A stretch of DNA of 64,000 nt from Lepidodermella squamata (Eukaryota > Animalia > Gastrotricha): contig JBLDXI010000009.1 in assembly GCA_047495785.1 (NCBI GenBank), forward strand, positions 4,774,001 to 4,838,000, given 5' to 3'. The notes under the pieces are model-generated. The model was given only the letters and a program-made list of their open reading frames with translations. It was not told the DNA's origin and did no database searches. Both the position numbers and the translations under genes were made by a program. Of the stretch, positions 1-12,577 are shown piece by piece (position 1 is the first letter of the stretch; each line of letters begins with the position of its first letter).

Positions 1-198
1 GACCTGAAGGTCGCGTGCCATCTGCACGTGTCTGCTTTTTCTGCGAAAAATACAGAAGAATGAGCTGGCATTATAAATACGACACTCAGTTTTATTTTGT
101 CATTGGAAAATTTCGGAAAATAAAGAAAAATCGAGGAAAAATTCACAGAATCATTAAATAATCAAATGAGAATTACGTCTAGTTTTTGCATTTTTAGC

Positions 199-1814
199 TT
201 ATGCTAAGATAGAAGTGAGAAATGCTGCTGCAACCAGACTTGCAGTCAGAATTGTGCAGGCTCGCTCCTGTTGAGCTCCACTTTTCTTTCGACTCGGGCG
301 ACCTGTGTTTAGGAAATCTGCGATTGTAAGCTCAGCTGCGCTATCGCCCAGTGAAGCTTTCATATTTTTAACTGCCTGATTTGCAGCAGCCTCCAAATCC
401 GTCGTTGACAGATCAGCGCCGTTTGTTGAAGCGACTTTCGCTTCGAAACTAGCCTTGAATTTGTTATTTGCCGAACTATGAAAGAAAATATTGTAGAGAT
501 TTTCCAGTTCCTGAATCATTCAAATTACTCGTAAGCCAAGCCAGAGACAGAGACCGAACTGGCGCCATTGAGATTTTTCTTCATATCACTTGCCAATAAA
601 TCTCGAGCCATTTGGCTAGTGTCCGCATCGCTCAGAGCCGTTGGAGGAATAGCCGTTCCATTCGGATACAAAAGTTGGTTAGGATTGATTGAAAACGCTG
701 TCGCCGTCATGAACTTCAAATTGAGACAAAACAGGCCATTCGGCTTTATTAAACTTACTCATTCTGTACAGTGCGTCATCGGGTGGCGAAGTTTGCTGAA
801 CAACGGCTGGGACTTGGGCTGTCGTAGTTGGGGCTGCAAATTGCGTAGTGGGGGCTGCGGATGTCGGAGGGTTCGTTTTGATCGCTGCTGTTGAAACCGC
901 CACGGCAGCAACTTCATCTGGATCTTCTTCCTGTTCAATTTGTGTTGTTAAAGCTTGACTTGCCTTCGAGCTAGTTGTATCAGCCGCGGTCGTTGGCGCT
1001 TTGTATGTTGTAGTTGTCAATTCTTAAGAAACAAAAATTAATATCGCGAAGCAGGTAGACTTTACAAATCACCACCTGATAAGCTGTAAGTAAGGCATGC
1101 CTGCTTTAAAGCGTTGTAATTGCTTTTATCAAGCCTCTTGTAAATCGTGAAAGTTGTCATCGAATCGACTGTACGAAATGTATCGTTTTCCGATGTAAAT
1201 CCGATAGACATTCTTGCTATATCCCAGGTGTAAAGGTTCGTGAGTGAAACCACTTTAGGAGTGCTCTCCGAGTCGAGTGTAGCACTAAGCTTATCACCTC
1301 TAAATTCCAGTCGCACGAAGTTCCAAAATCCAGCTTGGAGTTCTAGCAAGCTTTCGACTGACTGAGTCCCTGATGAATCTTTACTCCATCTCAATTTAAG
1401 AGACTTTTGGGAAATCAACAGTTCAAGTCGAGAGACGTCATTCAATCCTAGAAACGCGAATATTCCACCCGCGCCCTGGCTATTCGAAGGGATAGCGTAG
1501 TATAGCGAGATGACCCACCCGCCATCAAACAGAGACTTAGCGTCCTGTAAATCGAATGTGGCAACCTTTTGATTTACGCCGAAACACGTTCCAGGTACTT
1601 TTGAGGGACCCGGGCAGTTCTCAGGCCATCTGAGGTACATTTGGGTAGCTGGGATCGACCTGAAGACTTCGTTGCTACGCGACTGATTGTCTAGTGGGAA
1701 AACGGCATACAAGTCGTCTGGCTGCGGTAGAACGTTCAGCAAAGGATGCTTCTGCTGAGTGGAATATTGAGGCAAAATCTGAATATTAAGCAATGCGATA
1801 AGAATCCAGTGCAT
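199..1814 (-). CDS. Surface glycoprotein A1: signal peptide + LamG/ConA-like domain + Thr/Ala-rich stalk + SEA-like domain + GPI-type C-terminus (4 exons)
   Basis: Exons 1814-1076, 1022-759, 697-529, 475-199 join in frame across GT-AG introns of 53-61 bp (phases 1,1,2). Hydrophobic N-terminus; LYAVFPLD..GP..GTCF..W.FVR motifs; hydrophobic C-terminal tail with no cytoplasmic segment. The same exon structure recurs in A2-A4. Confidence 0.85.
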
Positions 1815-2322
1815 TGTCGATCAGCTAAATTGAGATGGAAAATATTCGAGGCTCTCGATCGGTATGAAGACTTTGCCAATGTTTTGTATCTCCGAACCAT
1901 GGTCGTTTTAATTTCCGCTAAAGCATCAATGTTTACACTGGCGATCGCTGCATTTCAAAACATTGCGATAATTGAAAAACTTGAAATTAAACGAATATGG
2001 TTTTATCAAGCGTTCTAAGTTTTATTAAGAGGACTGATTCCTATGGCATAAGCAGCATATGAATCGCAGATTTTTGAAGAAGAATAAGAAGATAATTAGA
2101 TCCGTTGAAAATATACATCTTAACACTTGATAGTTAGGTTCACGCCGTATGATCTAGGAATAAGGAAAATTGAAGTTGAAGTAAGACAAAGATAGATTAG
2201 AGATAATTGATCCATCCATATTCCATCCTATAGATTCAAACTCGGCTATAAAAGATACATCTGCATTTTCGGAATTATCAGGTAGGCTAACAAGTTTTCG
2301 CTTATCATCTTTTTCCGTAGCA

Positions 2323-2985
2323 TCAGCGCATTGCCAGGACGATTCCACAGAGAACGTAATAGATGCTCGAGCAGCTGCAAAATAATTTCCCCACTCCATT
2401 CTTCAAATTTGTTGCAGGAGTAGATCCCGTTGTAGATCGCGGAGTGTAAAGGAATTCTTGAACGGTCAAAGATGAAGCGGCATCCCCGAATGAGGATTTC
2501 ATACTAACGACGGCTTTGTTCGCCGCTGATGTTAGGTCCGCCCCGGACGTATTGCTCACAGCGGGAACATTGAATGCCACTCGGAATGTCTTGTTCCCTG
2601 AACTAAAAAATTGAATGATTGACTATTCATAAATTCATGAAATCCACGATTTCAAATACGTACTCATAGGAGATAGCCACTACCATGCCGAGAATTGATC
2701 CATTAGAGCTGTTCTTCAGATCGTTGGCCACAAAGTCTCGAAGCGCTTTGGCAGTGGTTGTATCGTTGAGGACGGAAGTTGTAACCATTGTACCATTCGG
2801 GAAAAGGAGCTTGCTTGATCTTACGGTAAAACCTGAATTAAAATGTGCAGAATTGCTAATTTAATGCTGGTAAAACATTTCGAACTGTAGGATCCCATTC
2901 CGCCATCAGGTGACTGGGGTGCTTGTGAGACTGTAAAACGGAATCCTATCACAGCTAAGATAAATATTACCCGTAGTATACTCAT
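2323..2985 (-). CDS. Short paralogue B1: signal peptide + SEA-like domain + GPI-type tail (3 exons, no LamG domain, no long stalk)
   Basis: MSILRVIFILAVIG exon, phase-1 intron, then FTVRSSKLLFPNGT..ANDLKN..ISYD exon homologous to A1 exon 3, phase-2 intron, then terminal exon homologous to A1 exon 4. Confidence 0.8.
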
Positions 2986-3069
2986 ATTTCTCAATAGGAG
3001 AAATGGCAGGTCAAAATTTTCTCTATGTCTAACACTGTACACTTCGAACTCAGAATAACAGATCCTCTG

Positions 3070-3410
3070 TTCATGTTTAAGCATTCAACCAGGAGGTTAA
3101 TAAATTTTTCATGACGTCTAGTTTTAGCGTTAATTTGTCTGAGCTTTTCCGCGTGACTGCAAAGCTTACGAAACGGGAATGACTGGATGGAGGGGAATGA
3201 CAATGGTATAGTGATGATTAGTGATCACTAAATTCTCCATGGGGATGATGGCCCCTGGAGATGCTTCAAAATCGAGTCACAATAAAGGACTCAAATAATC
3301 GCTCAGTTCATTTAAGCATTCAACGTGGTTCATGCTTTTTTCATGACTCCGAGTTCTAGTTCTGATATTTCTCTGACTGCTAAGTTTACGAGTATGACGA
3401 GGGATGAACA
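3070..3410. repeat. Two copies of a ~110 bp upstream block (3070-3190, 3309-3410), also present upstream of B2 (7537-7670)
   Basis: Shared words AAGCATTCAAC..GGTT.AT...TTTTTCATGAC and GACTGC.AAG.TTACGA in all three copies. Confidence 0.65.
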
Positions 3411-3800
3411 TAGCAGCGATGATTGATTCTCCATCGATAAGGTGGACCATGATTAGCCAGCTCGGCCAGGCCAGACAACAAAATATTGATTTATTCCACT
3501 GTTTCGTTAATTTTTTGAGGTTTGAGGTTAATTTTGAAGATTTTCCACTAAAACTCGCTCTAAATATTAACCAAAGCGATTCGTGACGACTTTTGGCCAA
3601 AGATCTCGTCATTCAACTGGGGCGTGTAGAAAGTAAAAAGACGTCCAAGGTACGGATACCGACGCCTGCGGTGAAAAATTCACAGGGGTGACCCTTACAC
3701 TTCGCCAAATTCTTCTCATTTTCCCAAATTGTAGGTCGTAGGTAGTAGGTACGGATGACCCGTGCCCAACCATAGCCTACTTTCTACACTGGCTTTCAGG

Positions 3801-4300
3801 TCATTTTTCAAATAAATCAGTGCTCCGCAAGCTCAGGTTTTTTTCGGCCGCGTGCAGGCTGGGCAGTTCAAGGCAGTTCAGGCAGTATTTTTTATTTTTT
3901 ATTTCCGCCAAAGTTCGGCTACAAAAAGCATCAACTTCTGTAATGCTGCTCGCTTGATTTTTTAAACATTGAGATAATTTAGAAATTATACCGTTTTCAC
4001 CTTCATAGAGAACGGAGTGCGTGAAAATCGAAAGATAATAAGCTGTCAACATTTTTATGGTGAACTTTTTGCTCGGTATTTGAAATTAATTTGTTGCCAT
4101 TACGAGAAAAGAAGTCTTTTTTCTGATCCCTACGTTCTCTATGGAGCATAGTGGAGTTCTGTAAATGCGAGCGAAGTCTATAAAAAACTTGAAACATTCT
4201 CCTCGAAGTGAATATAATGAATTTCCATGGTGTTCAAAGTTGTACCGGCTACCCTTGCAATTTGAGCACATGCCATTCGAAAACCACTCTATAGAAGGAC
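3801..4300 (-). mobile_element. Possible decayed DNA-transposase (hAT-like) fragment
   Basis: Overlapping broken ORFs in several frames; IISKLSQCLKNQ..ITEV weakly resembles the hAT LS..LQ segment. An 11-bp inverted repeat GTGTAGAAAGT/ACTTTCTACAC lies just upstream (~3626-3789). Confidence 0.25.
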
Positions 4301-4568
4301 GTGCATTTTTAGCTACGTCTTACCCTAAGCTGCGGTAGCATTACTGTTATCAAAACTGCGATCAACTCATGCAGAAATTTCTTTAATTAGTCAGAGGCTT
4401 TTAAACCAGAATACTGATATAATATTAAGAAAATATTGATAACATAGAAACATTCGTGGGGTTAACGCCTCTCAAAAAGGAATAATGAAAAGTGAAATGT
4501 AAGGCAAAGACAGATTACAGGTTATCGAGGTTCGATATTGTCGATTATCGATATTGATGATTTCACGA

Positions 4569-6241
4569 TCAATTTATCCAATTATATAACTGCTGAAGAC
4601 CCAGGCTAATCAGGCAAATGCCGATCGAGTTACTCCAGACGGATGAAGCAGCGCCGCTTTTTGCTCTACGGGGTCTCCCTGTGTTGAGAAAGTCTTGGAT
4701 CGTAAGGTTCGCAGCATCCGAGCCAAATGATGCATTCATATTCGCCACGGCGTTATTCGCGGCCTTTTGTAGATCTTTATCTGAAAGCTCCGCCCCATTA
4801 GTCGGTGCGACCTGTGCAGTGAAATTCACGTTGAACGCCTTGGTACTTTGGCTTGGAAATGCAAATCAAATTAAACCAAATTAAAATTATTTAGAGGTTA
4901 GAACTAACTCAACGGTGATGCTGTTGACCGTAACAGCTGTTGCTCCATTTAGATTGTTCTTCATGTCGGCAGCCAAAGCAGACGAAACAGTATTGAGTGT
5001 GGCAGGATCCGAGAGCGCTTCAGCTGGAACCGATGTCCCGTTAGGATATCGCAGTTGCCCAGGTTTGACGTTGAACGCTAATTAAAAATTGAATATTAAT
5101 CAGTTGGAGTTTTCAAAGCTTACTCAGGCCATAGAGTGAATCAGGGCTTGGACTTGTAGAGGCAGCTGGAGTAGGCGGAGGGTTAGTAGCAGGCGGGGCA
5201 GTTGTCATTGCGGGGGTTGACGAGAGAACAACTGAAGCTGGCTTCGCTGTCGAAGATTGGGTCGTAGTTGTTGTTGGTGGTAATTTTGATGTTAGCGTAG
5301 CAGCGACAATCTTCGTTGGATTGGCTGTAACATCTTTGACAGTTGGGCCTTTCGTGGGAGCCACAGATGTACTAGTAGTCCAAGCCTTTGTTGCGGTGGT
5401 TGGAGAAGCAGTAGTAGAAGTAGTAGACGTAGTATTACCTAAGGAAAAACGATTGTAAAATCCCCTTCGCTAGCTTTATATTGAAGTAACTAGTTCGAAA
5501 TTTACCTAAATACGACCGGCAGGCGTTTGATATAGCCTTCTCCTCAGCGTCGGTGATGGAGCTGGTTGTGTAGACTATGAGGCAAGCCATCGCGTCCCCT
5601 GCGCCAAATTTTGTCGCTGTGCTAAAGCCTATTCTGAAGCGATCGGCACTAGCAAGCGAAATCGAACCAACGTTTGCATTTTGGTTAGGTCCAACCCCAA
5701 ATTTAGCGATGGCGTGTGCTCCATCATATTTGATTCGAACATACGTCCACGTGCCTATTTTAAGATCTGCGAAAGTTGCGGAACCTCGACCATTCGCTGA
5801 TGCAGGATATTCGAACCTGAGCGTAGGTCCTGCGACCACCGCAGAAATAATGTCGTTGCTATCCTTGACAAATGAAAAAACGGCACCTCGTGATGTTGAA
5901 CTGTTGACCTTGTAGTAAAAGGACGCGTGAAATCTGTTGTCGATTTTCGGTAAATTATCAGGCGTAAAGCCATTCAGCTCCACTCTACTTTCATTCGTTG
6001 TGAAACACGAACCGGCGATGTTAGTCGGTCCAAAGCAGTAGTCCGGCCAACTTTTTGCTGGCTGTGTGCCCTCCAGCGGTCTCGGTGCAACAGCTCGGTC
6101 CCATGAAATGCTGTCGAGTGGGAATACACCGTACAAATCGGCCTGTCTTGGTAGCAAAGCAATCAGAGGGTGTTCAGCCGATACACGCCCCACTACAACT
6201 ATAATCGCAAGAAACACGTTCGAAAAGCGTTCTATAGCCAT
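4569..6241 (-). CDS. Surface glycoprotein A2 (LamG-like + mucin stalk + SEA-like + GPI-type tail; 4 exons)
   Basis: Exon 1 6241-5506 (HPLIALLP..LYGVFPLD..GPT..GSCF), exon 2 from 5438 Thr/Pro-rich, exon 3 FNVKPGQLRYPNGT, exon 4 ending 4569. Intron phases match A1. Confidence 0.85.
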
Positions 6242-6722
6242 ATTTCTTGAAAATTCCGATAAAATACCCCAAGCTCTAGTTCTTCTAGAAGCGATGTTAG
6301 AGTAAATAAGCAGGGTTCAACGGGAAATGATTATTGTGCGGATTGGATTTATTAAATTCACCAGGAGGCTTGTCATGTATGGCTGAAAGCCGCGCGTATT
6401 CAGCCGATTTCTTCATTTCCTTCAAAACTAACATTATTTGATCGTATCAGTTTTTTAGCTCGAATCATTTTCTGCAATAATACTTCGCCATAAAAAATCG
6501 GGGTTATCAGGTACTAAAGTTCTATTTGAAACTCAAAACTTGTCAATATTCAATATTCCGCCCAACTAAGATCTACAATGTGTTCTTGTAAAGTTGAAAA
6601 TGATCAAAGGCGAGGATTTGGTTCTCTAAACATTACAATGGAATAAACAAATCCTTATGATCATTGTTTATCATCAGGTTATTTTGGTAGGCTACAGATT
6701 TTTCTTCCAAGAGAATCAGTGA

Positions 6723-7435
6723 TCAGCGCATAACTAGGATGATTCCACAGAAAACACAAGCGATAGTCGAGCAGCTGCAAACTAATTTCGTCACGCCACT
6801 CTTCAAAGTTGTTGCAAGAACAGAGCTCATTGTGGACGTCATTAGCATTGGAGGCTGCGACATTAATCGCTGCGTGTAAAGGAATTCTTGTACGGTCAGC
6901 GCTGAAGCCGCATCTCCAAATGATGACTTCATGTTAAGGACAGCCTTGCTCGCCGCTGATTTCAGATCTGCCTCGGACGTATTCCCCATAGCAGGGGCAT
7001 TCAAGGCCACTCGGAATGTTTTGTTCCCGGATCTGCATATTGAAAGATCATTTTACATAGATTTAAAAATCCACGATGTCAAATTCATACTCGTAGGAAA
7101 TATCCATTACCATGGCGAAAATCGAGCCATTAGAGCTGTTTCTCATATCGTTGGCCACAAAGTCACGAAGCGCCCTGGCAGCGGTTGTATCGTTGAGGAC
7201 GGATGTAGTAACCTCCGTACCATTCGGAAATAGCAGCTTGCTCGGCCTTACGGTGAAACCTTTAATAAAACGCGCGGAATTACAATGAACTAATGTTGGT
7301 TATACATTTCGAACTGTAAGATGACATTTGTTGTTGAGGTGGCCCCATTCCGCCATCAGGTGACTGGGGTGCTTGCGAGGCAATCTGATGGGATCCTATC
7401 ACAGCTAAGATCGAGATTATCCGCAGCAGACTCAT
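6723..7435 (-). CDS. Short paralogue B2 (signal peptide + SEA-like + GPI-type tail)
   Basis: Close copy of B1 (SQAPQSPDGGMG; MKSSFGDAAS.LTVQEFLYT) with the same two introns. Confidence 0.8.
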
Positions 7436-8481
7436 ATTTGTTAATGTTGTAAATGGCAGGGTCAAAAATATGTCTATTTTTCCTCTCTCTCACACCCCTC
7501 ACTCTACTAGGAGCTCAATTCCCCAGCGTAATGTTTCATGTTAACGCATTCAACGAGGAGGTTCATACATTTTTCACGACTCTGTAGTGTGTAGTGCTGA
7601 AACGTCTGTGACTGTTTCGCGATGAACGCACGGCTGCATAGCTTACGAATACGGGATACGTGGGATGACGATCCCTGGTAATTCAGATGCTGGCATTAAA
7701 TTGGTTTTTGTTTGTAAAATCGATTCACAAAACAGGACTGGCCGTGGGATCTGGGGGATCTAATCAATTAATGGTCAAGAAACTACTGCGGACACATCGG
7801 CTAACCGCAGAAGCTGACGACCTTTCTGCTAAAGGAAGTATGAGCACTAGCTATCGTAAACTAGTTGTCGTAAACCGATTTAACAAAGAGTTGCGAATGG
7901 ATTTGGCTTGAATAGATTCCGTAAATTCCGAAATATGAACTGGGCTGCTTGTTGGCAAAGCTTGGGTAGAATACTTGCGGGGCTTAGATCATTCGGGCAA
8001 ATAAATTAACGGAACACACGAGAATGCAATGTGGAGCATCTTCTCCGCTGCAATTTTCATTCTTCCCTTTCAGATAAATCGACTAGTTCATTCGACATTG
8101 TTATATTTTCATTGATTATTTTGCTTGACGCCGCTGGAATAGGAAGTTCGATCATAATGGCATTCGATTCTTAGAAACTATTTGCTTCATAACACTCTTT
8201 TATGACGCTTTTACACGATATTATACATTGTTTATTTATTCGAAAATGTGTGATTTTTCAGGGCCACAAGAAAATTCGAACATTTGAAAATCAGGCTGAG
8301 AATAAAAAAAAGATGTATGGAAAGCGCATTTTCCAAGCAAACAGCAGAGATCAAAGATGAGAGAAGTCTGAGCTTAACACGGCCTCATTCACTCAATAAG
8401 AGGTTTTAAATAGGTAATCAGCGTTTAGGAAATTCGTCAAAAGAAAGCAAATGTCAAAAAGGGGTGATGGGGGTAAAACTG

Positions 8482-10257
8482 TCAAATGCTGATAATTGTG
8501 ACCACCAGGCTACCAAATAAAGCCATAAGAGTGGCACTTCCTCGCAGGATCGTCGCAGCATTCTTCTTCCTCGATGGCCTGCCAGTATTCAGGAAATCTT
8601 GGATAGTCAAATTAGCGGCTGCATCTCCAAATGAAGTTGTCATTTTTGTAACGGCACTCCCTGCAACTTTTTGAAGGTCGCTTTCAGACAACTCAGCTGC
8701 ACTGGTGGAGGCGACTTGCGCAGTGAAATTCACCTTGAACGTATTTGTCGACGCACTGTGATTGTTGGAGAAAAAATGTTTGAATTATCCTGACATTCGA
8801 CTAATATCCTCTCACTCATAATTGATGCTGCTGACCGCGACTGAAGCAGCTCCATTCAGATTTGTCTTCATATCGTTCGCTAGTGAAGAACGGATAAGAG
8901 CGGCAGTTGCTGGATCAGATAAAGCCGCCGCGGTAACGATAGTTCCGTCAGACAGTCGGAGCTCTCCAGGTTTGACGTTGAATGCTAGAAAAAAGATGAT
9001 TGAATATTATCAAACATTCAGGAATGACAGATTGAAAAACGCGCACATCATTTTAAAATTATGTAGCCCCAGTTAAGTAGAAAAAAGCGAAGAAATTGGA
9101 ATATTAGAACGACTTTGTTTTTGCACGCTTTTTCAGCAGGCAAAAATAAGACTTTTATGTGACTTTCCCGCTCAAAAATGGATCGAGATTTTACTTACTC
9201 AATGCATAGAGAGAATCCGCAGCAGGTGTTGTAGGTGCACTGCTTGAGCTAGGTAGAATTGTTGGTTGTGTTGCAGGGGCGTCTGATTTAGCAGAAATCT
9301 GAGTCGTTCCAGTGATTACTACTGGGTTATCAACTGATTGCGGTTTCGCTGTGCTTGTACTCGACTGGGTTATTGAAGCTGCATTAACGGCTTGGGCAGA
9401 CGTAGGTGCTGTTTTTAAAGTCACGGCTGAAGGGCTCATTGTCGAGAACGATGTGCTAGAGCTTGACTGCGTCATAGTTTTGGCTATATCTTAAAAAAAG
9501 TAATGAATTCTGGATTCATGCGCGTTATAAAACGTTACTCATATAGGCTTGACATGCCGCTGTTACGGATTTACTTTCTTCTAAGCTGATACTTGATTTG
9601 TAAATGACTACGCAAGCCAGGGCATCACCAGGCATGAAATGAGTTGAGCTGGAGAAGCCAAGGCGGAAACGATTTGAGTTGCGTAGATCCATGCTATTAA
9701 CGTCAAAACCATTACTGTAAGAAGTCCCCAATCCAATTATCAGCTGTGAAATTTCGTCGTATCGTATCTTAACGGGTGTCCATTTGTCAACCCAAATAGG
9801 CCCGTAACGATAAATTGACTTTTTTGTCGAGATTGACGCTTGATGAGTTAACTTCAACAGTGAGAACGTCGGCTCCATCATTGCTGAGCGAAAACACCGC
9901 GCCCAGAGTATTATTACTTTTCAGCTTGTAAAAAAATGTAACGTGAAAATTGGTGCTTAAATCAGGAAAATTGCTAGCCGAATATTCACTCATTCGTTCA
10001 GCTTTTTCGGTAGTGAAACACGAGCTGGCTGCATTAGTCGGGCCGACGCAATCTGACCAGTCACTTCTCACAGTTGCGCCGGTCAAATGATTTGGACCGA
10101 CGTCTCTATCCATCGAAATGCTGTCGAGAGGAAAAACAGCAAATAGCTTATCCTTTTGAGGCAGCAGCGACATCAGCGGATGTTCCTCGGGAGTAGCCGC
10201 GTATGCTTCCAACGTGATGGCTACAGCTAGCGTCAAAAAAACCTTGCAAATCGACAT
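8482..10257 (-). CDS. Surface glycoprotein A3; exon 1 carries a single frameshift near 9820-9835 (pseudogene or assembly error)
   Basis: ORFs 9787-10257 and 9525-9881 are the two halves of one LamG-like exon by comparison with A4. The downstream exons and splice sites are intact. Confidence 0.75.
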
Positions 10258-10576
10258 GATGGAAAAAAATTATCAGTCAAAGATGAGCTGAAGGTTTGAC
10301 TGCCTGGTGTTACCTAGGGTTGTTGATTTGATCGGAAACCACGCATCGACACACCAATAACATTTTGCAATCAAACGACTTAACGAGATTTCAAGGGTTT
10401 AATCTATCACGATGTGCCGCATTTCCTTTCTAACATTTCATGGCATGGCTTTATTCAACGAATTTTTCAATTAATTATTCGAAGAGCCCTAATATATTTT
10501 TAGGCCAGCAAACAAGAGCCATTCGAAAGCAAACAAAAAATATGTTGAACATGACCCAATTTCTGAACGAAATTTC

Positions 10577-11029
10577 CACTAGAAAAAAATCTGGTTTATT
10601 AGCACAAAACTCTCAAAATGCTCTTGCTAATAAACCCTTTGGCGAAGGGTTTATTATTTACTTTTAGATATTTAAGAAGCTAAAAAGACAAAATTTGATT
10701 ACGGAACAATGAAAAACTAGCTATTTAAGTATCAGAGTAGATAATAAAAGTAGAATCTCTGGAATTCAATACCTACTGATTATATTAATAATTCTCATAA
10801 TAACTTTAAAAACTATGTTAAACAGCTCGACCTTAATAACTATTTGACGTCAGTAGTGAGGCGCCATGACATTTTGTACCTATGACCATTTCGCCACTGT
10901 TGTTCGCGAACAAGAAGAAGAATAAAGAATAAAGAATAAAGATAATAAAACCGTCGCCAGAGGGTTCATGTTTATTAGCAAGAGCACTTTGAGGGTTTTG
11001 AGCTAATAAACCAGATTTTTTTTCTAGTG
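10577..11029. mobile_element. Non-autonomous CACTA/CMC-type element (~450 bp)
   Basis: Ends CACTAGAAAAAAA..TCTGGTTTATTAGC and its reverse complement ..TTTTTCTAGTG; imperfect TIR of about 80 bp; 2-bp target duplication TC/TC. Confidence 0.85.
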
Positions 11030-11746
11030 TCTACGTAGTTTATACTGAAAGAAATCAGAGAACAAGAGAATACTAATTTTTTTTGAATCCGTAAAGACTG
11101 GACTGGTAGTAGGCCATGATGCTAAAAATAAAATATCAAATCGCGACTGACTTTAACATATTATGTATACCATTTGTCAGGTTAATGAGGTAAGGATATT
11201 ATATTTTTAACGCTATAATAATAATAATAATTTCTTTTTCAAAGCGAACTTTGAGAACTAGAAGGGCATGCCACTTACTCTAACCCTAGGTCTTAAAGTG
11301 AGTGAGTGAGATGAACATCTTAAGACGGAGTTCGACTGGTGCAGTCTAGCTGACACTCCCAGCATCCCAATTTTCTATTTTGTAACGCGAAGGATTGGTA
11401 AAACCACCGCGAGGCCAAGGGAGGACTCGATCGTGGTTCCGTCGTCACTAGGACTTGAACCCAGTCCCGAGCGATATCCCCTCAGATACACAGTACACAG
11501 TAGCTCAACCACACACAGAGCCACCGTGCCTAAATTATCTTGAAGAACTATGGCTTCGAAAAAGCATTCGACATGAAAAGAATGTCGACCTAGGGAGAAA
11601 GAGAGAGAAATTAAGCAAGGTTCCTCGACATTGAGATTGAAATGAGTCTGTTTTTTCACCTTGTATTACGTTCGAGTATCCATTTCACAACACAAATCAA
11701 GCTTTTAAATCAAGTCATGTGTCGTTTACAGGAATGTTATTATTCC

Positions 11747-12230
11747 CAGGGCCAGATTAACGCATGGGCTTGGAGGGCTGGAGCCCAGGGGCCGCCAGTC
11801 AAAACGGGCCGCCAATTTTCTATTTTTACATACTCATACAATTCGAGACGCCCATGATATATCGAGGTTTATAATAGCTTTGGCCATTGGATAATTTTAG
11901 CCCTTGGAGAAGCTAAATAATAAAACAATTTGCTCGCTTCGCTCGCCCTACTTCTTCATTATTCGATAACTTTTAGGAACCTAATTCACCAAATCTGTGG
12001 CATTTCTGACAAATCAAAAGTTATGCCCCTCATTTTTTGACTTTTATAGTATGTAAAATCCGAGATCTCTACAGCTTCCACGTTTATAAGCATATACTAT
12101 TTGGTATAGTTTGAGTAGTTCACGGGCGCAAAAAAATGGAAAATTATGTTTCAAAGTTCCATTTTAAACCGTTTCTACCTCAAAATCAGAACAAATATCG
12201 TCAGCTAAAGCTCGCTTCGCTCGCGGTAAA
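11747..12230. mobile_element. Probable non-autonomous DNA transposon fragment
   Basis: Begins CAGGGCCAGATTAA..GGGCTGGAGCCCAGGGGCC and carries GCTCGCTTCGCTCGC twice (11932, 12210); a related motif occurs at ~59150. No matching right end found. Confidence 0.4.
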
Positions 12231-12577
12231 AAATTAACTATAAATAGTCACATGAAAATTCGCCGAAACGAGATGCGCGGTTTGCCATTGAATAGCTTTC
12301 CATGACACATGTTGGTTGTGCGATCCATGAAATGTTTTGCAACAAGTGTTTTTTAGCTGCAGTAAATTGCTACGATTATTATGGGGTGTTTTGGAAACGG
12401 TGCAGAGAGTGTGGCAAGGTCATTTTTTGCATTAAAATTAAATTAAAAATGCAAGGTCATTTTTATTAGTGGATTGCACGACTGAATTGTTTCATCCCGG
12501 AGTCATAGCTCAACAATAAATTGACCAATCAGCGCGCGGGTCAAAGTGCTACTTACTACTTGAAACACAATGGTTTC

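Noticed and set aside
568-894. Plus-strand ORFs antisense to array genes (also 4618-4884, 5577-5915, 8486-8674, 16392-16580, 19332-19655, 26665-27135, 32114-32788)
   Set aside because: Shadows of the real minus-strand exons; their similarity to each other only reflects paralogy of the sense genes.
9820-9825. Programmed ribosomal frameshift in A3
   Set aside because: Paralogues have a continuous frame and no conserved slippery site or stimulatory structure; an error or recent mutation is simpler.
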